Shown one piece after another: positions 1 through 11,207 of a DNA stretch of 64,000 nucleotides (the first letter of the stretch is position 1; every line of letters begins with the position of its first letter). Source of the stretch: Octopus sinensis (lineage: Eukaryota); assembly GCF_006345805.1 (NCBI RefSeq), contig NC_043008.1, positions 23,312,001 to 23,376,000 on the forward strand. Reading direction: 5' to 3'. The position numbers were made by a program, and so were the translations under genes. Below the pieces are notes generated by a model. The model was not told the DNA's origin and did not search any database. It was given only the letters and a program-made list of their open reading frames with translations.

Positions 1-2540
1 TATAAATCACAAAATCCTGGCCCTCGAGTTGATGTTGAAAGTGACAAATCAACAGGTAGATCGCTAAGAGTTCATGATCAAACGTACTGTAATGATGCTC
101 AGCTGGCTGTAATTGACGAGGAAAAAATGCCAAAGGCTGAGTTTGAATTTTGATGGTATGTTGTAAAACAGTACCAACTGCAGAATCTGATGCATCAACT
201 GTTAAAGAGAGATGAGCATCAGGAACTGGATGTGCAAGCAAAGGATCAGAAGCTAGTTCCTTCTTGATTGACTCAAAAGAAGATAATGCCTTGGCAAATA
301 GAGTGATAGGAGCATTCTTTTTTGTATTTGCTTTCAGTAGTTGAGTCAAGGGAAGTAACTTGTCTACACATTTATGTATGAATCTCCTGTAGAAGTTGAC
401 AATTCTCAAGAAGTGACGCAATTGGCATAGAAAAGTGGGAGGTGAGATGCATTGAACTGCATCAACTTTGGAGGAGAGAGGTTGGATACCATTAGAGTCG
501 ATCTAAGAATTCCAGAGGGGTCTATCCGAAAACACACTTATCGGGGTTGATTCACATATTGTAGGTGCGAAGATACTGAAAAAGTTGAGATAAGTGTTAG
601 AGATGATTTTTATGCGCAAATCATTGACGTAAGCAAACACAAAGTCAAGTCCATGGACAACTTCATTAATAAATCTCTGGAATGTGCTTGTTCCACAAGC
701 TGAAGCTCATAAACAGGAACTTGAAACTTCCAAAGGGGGTGGTAACGACAGTTTTGGGAATGTCATCAGGTTCATTGGAATTTGATGACAAGCTCAGATG
801 AGGTCAACCTTGGAAAAAAAATGGTACAATCATGCAAGTTTGAAGAAAAATCTTGGAGTTTCTTTATAGGATAGTGATCAGAAACAGTGACTGCATTTAA
901 ACGTCTGTAATCCCCCACCAGGCGAAAGTTTGAATCCCCTTTCCATGCCAAATGTAGAGGAGATGCCCAAGAGCTGGTGAAGGGGTGAATTAGGCCGAGT
1001 TTAAGCATTTGCTCAAACTCAGATTGAGCCTTTTTGAGCTGATCAGGAGTGAGTTGCCGTGGACGTGAAAAGATGGGTGGTCCAGAAGTAGTGATATAAT
1101 GACGAGTCGCGTGTGTGACTTTGATTTGAAAGTCGGATTCACCAGCTCTGGGAAAGAAGCTAAAAGGGAGTGGAACTGGTCACCAGCAGTGGTGACAAAA
1201 AATGATGGGCTGAAAACAGCATTAGTAGTAACCCGAGTAGGCGTAAACAAAGATGTAGAATCGTCCACAAGTCTCTGTTGCCTGACATCTACTAAGTGAA
1301 AGTATTTTAAGCAGTCCATGCCCAGAATGGGATATGGTAGATCTGCTATAACAAAAACCCACCTAAAATCCCTTCGAAGATTGAGATCTAGGTGTAATGA
1401 CACCTGACTGTAAGTTTTTATCAGGGATAGATTCAGGGATAGATTGCTTCAGCTTGTCTAAAGTAAAATGCAAAGGTCAAATAGATCAGCTGGATCTGGT
1501 GTCAACCATGAACGATTTGTTAGACACACGATCCTTAATAAAGAATGCATGATGAGATGAAAATTTGAGGGAAGTATCTGATGTGCTCAAATCTTCTGTA
1601 ACTAGTTTCCCGACAACTTGAATGAATAGGGCTGGATGCAATGATGGGCTTTTTCTTTGAATGTGGCATGGTACCAGCAGAGGTTGGAAACCATTGGAGT
1701 AGATCTAGACAACCATGACTTAGAACTGCTTCTGCTGCAAGGATGATGAGAGCTGGCATGTTCTCACCACAATGTGTCCATGCGATGTGCTAATGCATTA
1801 GCTCTCTCCAAAATGCCATCTTGTGATGAGGGAGAAAACCTAGTGATAGTAGGAGCTACTACAGTGTCCAAACAGGTATGATGAAGTGCGGGCTGTACAG
1901 TGAACTCTATGATCTTGTCTGCCATGGTGGCTATCTAGTCAAGTGAATTTGAGTCGACTGCTGTGGCCAGTATAGATTGAACATTTGGCGGCAGCTGAGA
2001 GAAAAATAATTTTCTGAGCAGAGGATTGTCCTCAAGCGGTGTGTCACTGAGTTCATGCAAATGATAAAGAAACTCAGATGGCATCCTATCTCCCAGATGC
2101 TCATCCTGCATCAGCGTCTGGAATTTACTGTTGGTAGATTGGGTGTTCTAACAGAGAACCTCAGATTTGACGGACGCGTAAGTCACATCTGGATGTGGGT
2201 CAGTGATAAGATCTTTCACTGAGCATGTAAGGGGGGCAGGCATCCCACAGTACAAGAGACTTAGCTTCCGTTGGTGAGGCACTGCATGGGCCGAAAAATA
2301 CGCGTCCAACTGGGCGAACCAAAGTGTGATGTCACCAGTGTATGCTGGTAAGTGGGGAAGACTGGTTTTTTTTTTCTTTACAGAGGAGGGAAAAGAAAAG
2401 GACCAAAGAACCAACAAAGTGTTGCTGGAACAGTAACGTGTGTGAGAAAAACACTTTTTCTTAGCAAAATTTCTGAAGTGTTTGGGTACTGTGTGCACAA
2501 TGAAAGGGAAGAAAAAATTCTGTTTTTGGTCACCAAACCT
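1..2540 (-). mobile_element. Decayed Ty3/Gypsy LTR retrotransposon (gag-protease-RT-RNase H), continuing past the left edge
   Basis: Minus-strand fragments in Gypsy order: gag-like LPAYTGDITLWFAQLDAYF (ORF 2148-2498), protease-region WVFVIADLPYPILGMD (990-1403), RT N-terminus SSWASPLHLAWKGDSNFRLVGDYRRLNAVT (772-1008), RNase H QPLAFFPRQLQPAEHHYSTFDHELLAIY (about 50-160, hand-translated). Many stops and frameshifts. TGGTGACC at 2535-2528 could be a tRNA-Trp-type PBS (8-nt match only). Confidence 0.85.
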
Positions 2541-2719
2541 GTTGCAGTGCTGAAAAAAATGTTTGTGTGCTTCGTTTTTTGTTTATTTGTTTGTATTTTT
2601 CCTTTTTTTTTGTCGTTGTTTAAGAAGCCGTCAGCAAATGGCAGGTGAACTGGTAATGTTGTGTTTCACCACATGAGGCAATCTGAATATTGTGGTAGAC
2701 AGGAATAATGGCTGGAAGT

Positions 2720-3420
2720 TGATGGTCGGCTTGCTGGAAGTTGATGGATGGCTGGAGTTGTAGCTGATAAAGTTGTCTTTGTATGTGACATTTGTGCAGG
2801 AACAATAAGCACTAAGAACACATGGGAATTAGACTATCTCAACTACCCAGAAGGCTCTCTTGAGGTTGTGGATAATTTCTGTTACCTAGGTGACCAAATT
2901 AATAATGGTGGAAGATGTTCTGAAATTATTGTTTCTAGAATAAGAATAGGATGTAGGAAGTTCAGAGCGCTTTTAACCCTATTGGCAACAAAAGGTCTCT
3001 CTCTCAGAGTGAAAGGTAGATTGTATGATGCTTATGTACAAACGGCTATACTCCATAGTAGTGAGACTTGAATGCAGAAGATATGAATAGAGTAGAGAGG
3101 AATTAAAGTAGTATGCTCTGTAGAATGTGCAACATCAGTGTGCATGTACAACAAAGCACAGGTGTGTTAAGAGAAAAGTTGGGTATAAGAAGAATCAGAT
3201 GCAACATGCAAGAAAGAAGACTACATGCAATGCATATGAATGAAGACAACTGTGTAAAGAAGTGTTGATCATTGAGAGTGGATAGCACTTGTAGGAGAGG
3301 GAGACCAAGGAAGACATGGGATGATGTGGGAGGACCAATCTCTGGTTGTTGGGTCTCACGGAGATGTCAATGGATCAAGGTCTGGCAATATGAGGTTCTT
3401 GAGAAGATCTGCCCACTTCA
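2720..3420 (+). mobile_element. Old RTE-clade LINE 3' fragment
   Basis: ORF 2748-3071 (LEVVDNFCYLGDQ...KGLSLRVKGRLYDAYVQTAILHSSET) is a diverged version of the C-terminus of the young RTE copies in this window. Confidence 0.85.
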
Positions 3421-3603
3421 GCAAAACTGAGTTCTAGAAGCACTGTGGGTTCCACCCACATATAACAATAAGCCTTTTTCCACACTGTACCCCAACAAAC
3501 CAAACTACATCCCTCCTCTTCCTCATATTTCCTCTTGTCATGCACTATGCTTATGCTTACCTGAAGTCTCTACTCATGCACCTTGGCAATACCCTACCAT
3601 TTA

Positions 3604-5787
3604 TAGAAGGGGATATAGCTTCACTTAATGTGGAAGACAACTGGAGATTTCTACGGGACAATCTGCTGACAGCCACTGACCAGATCTGTGGATGGAGCAA
3701 AGTCCTATCTCGACCCAGAGTAACGTGGTGGTGGAACAATGTGGTTGACAGGGCTATTAGACAAAAGAAACAGGCTTGGAGGGACTGGAAGAACGGTGGT
3801 AGCAAGGAATTGTATCAGACAGCCAGAATGGAAGCTAGGAGACAGGTTTATTTAGCCAGAGGGGAAGTGGATAAGAAAAAATTTGCCAATGTTCTGCGCT
3901 GTGAGAATGAAAGACTTGAGGTATTTCGTGTTGCAAGACAGTGTGTGAGAGAGAATCGTGATGTGGTAGGAGAGAAATGTGTCCGCATGGATGATGGTTC
4001 ACTTGCGCTAAATGAGAATGCAAAGAGAGAGATTTGGAGATGCCACTATGAAAGGTTGCTGAATAAAGAAAATGAATGGGATAAAGAGAGTCTGCCGAAT
4101 GTCAACCCAACAGAGGGACCAGCCATCCGAGTTGACAATTCTTTGGTAGTTAAGGCAATTAGAAGCATGAAGACAGGGAAAACCCCAGGCCCATCAGGAA
4201 TTACTGCAGAGATGCTCAAAATATCTGGCAGTGTTGGCTATAACCTAGTCACCCGTATAGTTAACCAGGTGATACACGAAGGAGTCATACCCAATGACTG
4301 GTGTAGCAGCATACTAGTCAACTGCTACAAAGGAAAAGGTGACACTTTAGATACAAATAATTACAGAGTTATCAAGCTGTTGGATCAGGTAATGAAGATC
4401 ATGGAGAGGGTCATAGCCCAACTGATTAGGGAGAGAGTCAACTTGGACGAGATGCAGTTTGATTTCATGCCAGGGAAAAGCACCACTGATGCCATATTTC
4501 TGGTGCGACAGCTGCAGGAGAAATACCTAGCCAAAGATAAGCCCCTGTACCTGGCTTTCATTGACATGGAGAAAGCCTTTGACAGGGTCCCCCGATCCCA
4601 TATCTGGTGGTCAATGAGGAAACTAGGGATAGATGAATGGCTGGTGAGGGCTGTGCAAGCCATGTACAGGGATACCGTAAGTAAGGTTAGGGTTGGCAAC
4701 ATGTACACAGAAGAATTCAAAGTAGAGGTTGGGGTCCACCAGGGTTCAGTACTCAGCCCCCTCCTATTTATCATAGTCCTCCAGGCAATTACGGAGGAAT
4801 TCAAGACAGGTTGCCCCTGGGAGCTCCTCTATGCTGACGACCTTGCTCTAATTGCTGAGTCACTATCAGAACTGGAGGAGAAGTTCCAGGTGTGGAAGGA
4901 GGGTTTAGAATCAAGGGGCCTTAGAGTCAACCTAGCTAAAACCAAAGTACTAATAAGTAGGAAGGTAGACAATCCACAAATGTCTTCAGGAAGATGGCCC
5001 TGCTCGATCTGTAGAAAAGGTGTAGGTAGAAACTCTATAAGATGTACCCAGTGTAAGCTATGGACACATAAGAGGTGCAGCAATGTCAAAGGAAGGCAAA
5101 CTGGGAAGATAGTTTTTGTATGTGGCAGATGCTCGGGAGCATTAAACTCTGAAAATCTGCAGAAAACAACTTCCGTCACTTTCCAGGAGGAAAAAACTAG
5201 AAGTAGTTGATAGCTTCCGTTATCTAGGTGACCAAGTCAGTAGTGGGGGTGGGTGCGTTGAAAGTGTAACTGCTAGAGTAAGAATAGCCTGGGCAAAGTT
5301 TAGGGAGCTCTTCCCTCTGCTGGTGACTAAAGGCCTCTCGCTCAGAGTAAAAGGCAGACTGTATGATGCATGTGTACAAACAGCCATGCTACATGGCAGT
5401 GAAACATGTGCCGTGAATGCTGAGGACATGCGTAAGCTCGCAAGAAATGAAGCCAGTATGCTCCGATGGATGTGTAATGTCAGTGTGCATACTCGACAGA
5501 GCGTTAGTACCTTGAGAGAAAAGTTGGACCTAAGAAGCATCAGTTGTGGTGTGCAAGAGAGACGATTGCGCTGGTATGGTCATGTGGCGAGAATGGATCA
5601 AGATAGGTGTGTGAAAAAGTGCCAATCCCTAGCAGTTGAGGGAACCCGTGGAAGAGGTAGACCCAGGAAAACATGGGACGAGGTGGTGAAGCACGACCTT
5701 CGAACTTTAGGCCTCACTGAGGAAATGACCAGCGATGTAGACCTTTGGAAATATGCTGTACGTGAGAAGACCAGGCAGGACAAGTGA
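3604..5787 (+). pseudogene. RTE ORF2 (RT + PHD-like finger) broken by a single +1 frameshift
   Basis: ORFs 3540-5210 and 5323-5787. Comparison with copy 2 (TTC CAG GGG GAA AAA CTA GAA) shows one extra A in the A-run at about 5190-5197. Confidence 0.9.
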
Positions 5788-6310
5788 GTCCAGCCCACTT
5801 ATGCATGCCTTTCCTCCCTTGCGAAGACCTGTTGGGGCAAGTGAAATCGAAATCGAAATCGGAATCGAAATTGAACCAATCCTATGACTAGCACCCGGCA
5901 GATGCCAGGACCTCTGGACTGGTGGTACGTAAAAAGCACTATCCGAATCGTGGCCAATGCCAGCGCTGCCTCGACTGGCTTCTGTGCCGGTGGCACATAA
6001 AAAGCACCATCCGAATCGTGGCCGAAGCCAGTGCCACCTCGACTGGCTTCCGTGCCGGTGGCACGTAAAATGCACCAATCCGACTGTGGCCTTTGCCAGC
6101 CTCATCTGGCACCTGTGCAGGTGGCACGTAAAAAGCACCCACTACACTCACGGAGTGGTTGGCATTGGGAAAGGCATCCAGCTGTAGAAACATTGCCAGA
6201 TAAGACTGGAGCCTGGTGCAGCCTTCTGGCTTCCCAGATTCCCGGTCGAACTGTCCAACCCATGCTAGCATGGAGAACGGACGTTAAACGATGATGATGA
6301 TGATGATGAT
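3604..6310 (+). mobile_element. Young 5'-truncated RTE-clade LINE, copy 1
   Basis: RT ORF (NYRVIKLL, QFDFMPGKSTTDAIF, GVHQGSVLSPLLF, LLYADDL), PHD-like Cys cluster, 3' UTR with about 4 degenerate ~61-70 bp repeats, CCATGCTAGCATGG at 6260-6273 and (GAT)n tail at 6291-6310. No endonuclease domain present. Confidence 0.95.
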
Positions 6311-7559
6311 GTATCTTGAAGGTATGCCCTTCACTTTGCTACCACTTATCTCTCCCTTGCTTTTCTCTACCTTCCCATTTATATGCTTACCTCTTGCTCT
6401 CCAATCCTTTCCTCACTGCCCTGCTCACTGTATCATTGCTATCCTGTTGTTCTCCACCCAACCTATTTACCTAGGTTTTACCAGTCACTGCATACCCAAC
6501 CCCACACTCTTTGCATTCATGGGAAGTCTCTACTCCCTACTCATGCACCTTGGCAATACCCTTCCTCTTTGCCACCACTTATCTTTCCTTTTCTCTTCTC
6601 TACCATCCATTTATATTCTGATCCTTGTTCCTTGTGAGCATGCCTTGGCTCTTCATTACCATCTCTCTCCTGCTCTCTTGCACTCTTGCTCTCTTACACT
6701 CACCCTCTTTCACTTGCTCTCTCTCTCTGGTAGTGCTAATTGGCAGCTCATCATAATTGAATTACAAGATGGGAGCACTAAGCAGTGATGTGTATAAATG
6801 CAATGTTATTACCAGTTCATACCAGTGGCATGTTCAAACTTGTCAAGAAACCATTCACTGTGACCAGCCAACGTTTGTTGACTGGAATAACATAAGAGAG
6901 ATTGTCTCTCTTATCAGCTCACAGCACCACCATCTGATTTCTGTGACTGAAGAGGAGATAACCACTTTGAAATGTTGGATAAGTAGCGCTGCAAACTGAT
7001 TTAGGTTTTATTCACACAATTTGTCTACAGCAAGAAATTTTCTCCATGACAAAATAGTGAATGGCAAACACTTGAACTGGTAATAGCATTACATTAAATT
7101 TACTTTAGTTGCTAGATTTTTTTGCCATTATTAGGTATTTGTTTTGCTGTCAATATTACTATTGTATTTCATTAATTAAAAAAAATATACTTATTTCACT
7201 AGATAAGTACAAAGACTAACTGCTTGCAGGCAGGCATTCACAAAATTCTCCTTTTTGGAAGCTGAAAACATAACCCCAACTAGCATCTTCCCACTCATCT
7301 TTTCAGAAATTGAAAGCAATACCTTAGTTACACCCACCACTCTTCTGAGTGCTGCTATGATCAGTCTTGGCACCATAAAAAGTATATCCAGTAAGATTAT
7401 TGAAATGCTTGAGTGGAATTATGTAGATGTGTGCTGTGTATAAGAAGTAAGATGGAGATAAGCCTCTACAAGGCTCTCATAGCCAAGGAACAAAGGTACA
7501 AACTTTTCTGGATAGGTAGCAATAATGGCAGTATTGGTATACGCATACTCTTGACAGAG

Positions 7560-10500
7560 AAATGAACATATTAAGTGATTGAGGTAGTCAGAGTGTATGA
7601 TAGGATTGTTAAGCTAAGACAAGTATTAGATTATACAGTAACATTTATCTCTGCGTATGCTTCATAAGCTGGACTAGCAGATGAACTGAAGGAACATTTC
7701 TATGAGGACCTTTTACAGATTACAGATTACCTGTATGACAACTGACAATGACCTTAATCATGTGGCTGGTGACTTTGATGGATATGGTAGGCAGTACTCC
7801 AATATTGGTTTTCATGGTGTATGTGGAGGTTACAGATTTGGTAACAGGGCTGCTGCAGCACTAACTTCAGAAAACCAGCCAGCCAGCCAACCACATGATC
7901 CCCTATCAACCTAGTGGGCACATGATCCAGATTAACTACATTCTGACCCCAAAATGGGATAGGCAGATACATGTGAATGTAAAGTCCTTCCCTGGTGAAG
8001 AACATATAGCCTGCCATTGGTTAGTTGTTAGTGATTTCAAACTTAGAGGAGAAGGACTCAGAGATACAAATCAATTTGGAAAAGGAAGGCACAGAAGCTT
8101 AAAGATCTGTTGCTGTGTCAGAAATTCAGAGATGTTCTAACTGAAGCATCTGACAAGGAGGTGATAGAAATATAACATAGAGGATAACTAGAAGTTCTTA
8201 TGGGACAACTGAGGACTACAGACCAGATCTGTGGTTGTTGCAAAGTTCTATCGAGATCAAAGGTGACATGGTGGTGGAACAATGAAATAGACAGAGCCAT
8301 GAAAGTGAAGAGGTAGGTTTGATAGTTTTGGAAGAATGACAGCAGCAGAGAACTATACCAGATCACTAGAAGAGAAGTTAAGAGACAGATCTATTTAATG
8401 AAAACAGAAGAGGAAAGGAAGAGGTTTCCCAATTTTCTACAGCATTAGGATTATTGGCATGAGGTGTTCCAGATAGCAAAGCAAAGTATAAGAAAATCAA
8501 AATGTTGTGGAAGTAAAGCATGTATAGAGAGACAGTGGTACACATGCACTTTGTGATTCTGAAAAGTAAGAGGTATGGAATTGCTATTACGGAAAGCTAT
8601 GAAAGGTGGAGGAAGAATGGAAGAAAGAGAGTCTTCCAAATGTGAATCCAGTGGAGGAAACAGCCATTGTGGTATGTTAGACAATGCAATTAAGCATATG
8701 AGGACAGGGAAAATCTTTGTTCTATGAGGGTCAGCTGAAAAGTTTATATGCTGACCAAGATACTGTCATGGAATATGACCAAATGAAGATTATGTTTCAA
8801 CATAGTCCCCCTTGCTGTCCACACACTTCTTCCATCAGTGTTGCAGTGGTTGGATCCCATGGGTGAGGAACCTTTTATCCTGTTCATTAAAAAAGTCATC
8901 AACAGCAAATATGATGTCATCATTACTGTGATACTTGATCCCAGCCAAGTGCTTTTTCATGTTGGAGAAGACATGATAGTCAGATGGGGCTAAATCAGGA
9001 GAATAGGGAAGCTGGTCAATCAGTTCAAAGCCACAATCATACACAGCAGCCATCGAAAGCAATGCTGGCACATTGTCCTGATGAAACAAGACTCCTTTCA
9101 TCAGTTTTCCTGGGTAGTTGGTCTTGATAGCCTTTCATAACTGCCTCAGCAAGTTGGCATAGTACTCTCCATTGATGGTGTGACTCATTTGAAGATAGTC
9201 AATAAACACACTGCCTTTTCCACCCCAAAAATCTGAGGTCATCACCTCTGTAGATAAATGACTGTGGTCTTTGGAGTTGGTGAGGAGGGGTGCTTCCACT
9301 GCATGGATTGTCTCTTTGTCTCTGGTTTAAAGTGGTGAATTTGACAATCATACTGTGTTACGAGTGTTCTGAAACAATGTCAGATTTTCCCTTGATGTTA
9401 TCATTCTGATGTGCTTTTGATCAGTTATCAAATGTGACCCCTACTGAGCAAAAACCTTCATCATGCCAAGTTCGTTGGGTAGAATATTCTCAACTGTATC
9501 ACAGGATGTGCTTATGGCATTAGCTATTTGATTTGTAGCCAGTTGCCTGTCATCTGTCTTCCTCTGTGCTGGCAATTGCAGGACGCCCAGACCTTGGGTC
9601 ATCTTCTGCCCCTCTCCCTTCCCCTCCTAAATTCAGATACCTACCTTTGCACTGTTGATAAAACTGGAGTGTCATCTTTTAATGTAGCAAACATGTCAGC
9701 ATGAATGTCATTGGGCGGGGGGATAAACCCTTTTTCTGCAGGTATTTGACAACACAATGATGCCAAATTTTGTCTGTTCTTAAGAGAAGTTGCTGTTACT
9801 CATTAATGAAATCTTCTTTGAACACTCAGATATTAGTTTAGCTGAAAAGAAACAATGCAGTTATTAATAAGAGGAGCTGAAATTAATGCATGCGAGATTT
9901 CACAACTCTAGCATCACTCCTTCATAGCTTGTGAACTTTTCAGCCTACCCTCATATTAGGAATTACTGCTGAGATGGTTAGAATATTAAGCAGAATGGGA
10001 TACAATTTAGTTACCCATATAGTTAATCAGGTTGTACAGGAAGGTATCACACTCAACGATTGGTCTAGAAGCATTTAATCAACTATTACAAGGTCAAAGG
10101 AGATGTCTTATAGAGAAGTAATTACAAAGGTATTAAATAGCTGGACCAGGTCATAAAAGTTACAGAAAGAATTATAGCTCAATTAATTAGGAAGTGAATT
10201 AGCCTAGATAAGATGCTGTTTGGTTTTGTACCTGGGAGAAGTATGGCTGATGCTCTTTTTCTAGTAAAGGCAACTTCAGGATGCAGAAGTATTTAGCCAA
10301 AAGTGAACTGCTGTAGCTGGTATTTGTTGAGCTAAAGAAAGCCTTTGATAGGCTCTCCCACTCTCTGATCTCACAGAAGCTTGGAGTAAATGAATAGTTT
10401 GTGAGAACTGTTCAATCTATGTATAGAGATGCTGTCAGTAAAGTGAGGATTAACAATGAGTACAGCAATGAATTTCATGTGCAGGGCTTGTTACCAGTTC

Positions 10501-11200
10501 TCTTCTATTTTTCATCGTCCTCTGGCCCATAACAGAGCAATTTAAGATTGTTTGCCCTTGGAAATTCTTCCATGCTGAAGATTTTGTTCTTGTAGCTTGA
10601 ACTGCAGTAGAATTAGAACAGAAATATTCTAGGTGTGGCAGAGCCTAATCCCTTCAGGTAAATGGTTCTGCTCACAAAAGTATTGGTTAAACTTTCATAG
10701 AGTGTATTCAGTGCAGACTAAGAGTACATAAGGGGTGCAGTGGAATCATAGGCAGGTTAACAGTAATTAAAATTTAGTTTGTGGCAGATATGTAGGAGTA
10801 CTAACACTAAGAACAAATGGAAAATAGATTTTTGTGAATGACCAGGTGCAAAGTATCTACTTATCTACTTTGTAATAGATATTTTCTGTTACTTAATTAA
10901 GAGACCTAATTAGCAGTTGATGGGGTTACTCTGAATGTATAGTTGCTAGAACAAGAACTAACTAGAGGAAGTTCAGAGAGCTATTACATGTGTTGGTAAC
11001 AAAAGTCTTATCTCTCAGAGTGAAAGGAAGATTGTATAATTTTTGTGTATGAACAAAAATGTTACATGGTTGTGAAACTTGGGCTGTAAATGTAGAGGAC
11101 ATATGAAGACAAGAAAGAGATGAAACTACCATACTCTGCTGGATGTGCAATTTCAGTGTGTATATATAAGAGAGTACAAATATTGTAGCAAGAGTCATGA
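7560..11200 (+). mobile_element. Old RTE LINE (endonuclease to C-terminus), interrupted by a mariner
   Basis: Endonuclease remnants (ISAYA..., VAGDFDG) at about 7640-7790 and linker at 8140-8720. The sequence resumes at 9956 with GGAATTACTGCTGAGATG (GITAEM), directly continuing the motif cut at 8722. Heavily decayed. Confidence 0.75.
8725..9953 (-). mobile_element. Mariner DNA transposon, decayed, full length
   Basis: Imperfect TIRs TGAGGGTCAGCTGAAAAGTT / AACTTTTCAGCCTACCCTCA, flanked by TA at 8723-8724 and 9954-9955. Transposase remnant FHQDNVPA...PYSPDLAPSDYHVF (ORF 8835-9101). Confidence 0.9.
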
Positions 11201-11207
11201 CACCCAC

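Noticed and set aside
3590-6330. Target-site duplications for the young RTE copies
   Set aside because: No convincing direct repeat at the flanks of copies 1-3; at most a 4-5 nt microhomology at copy 3.
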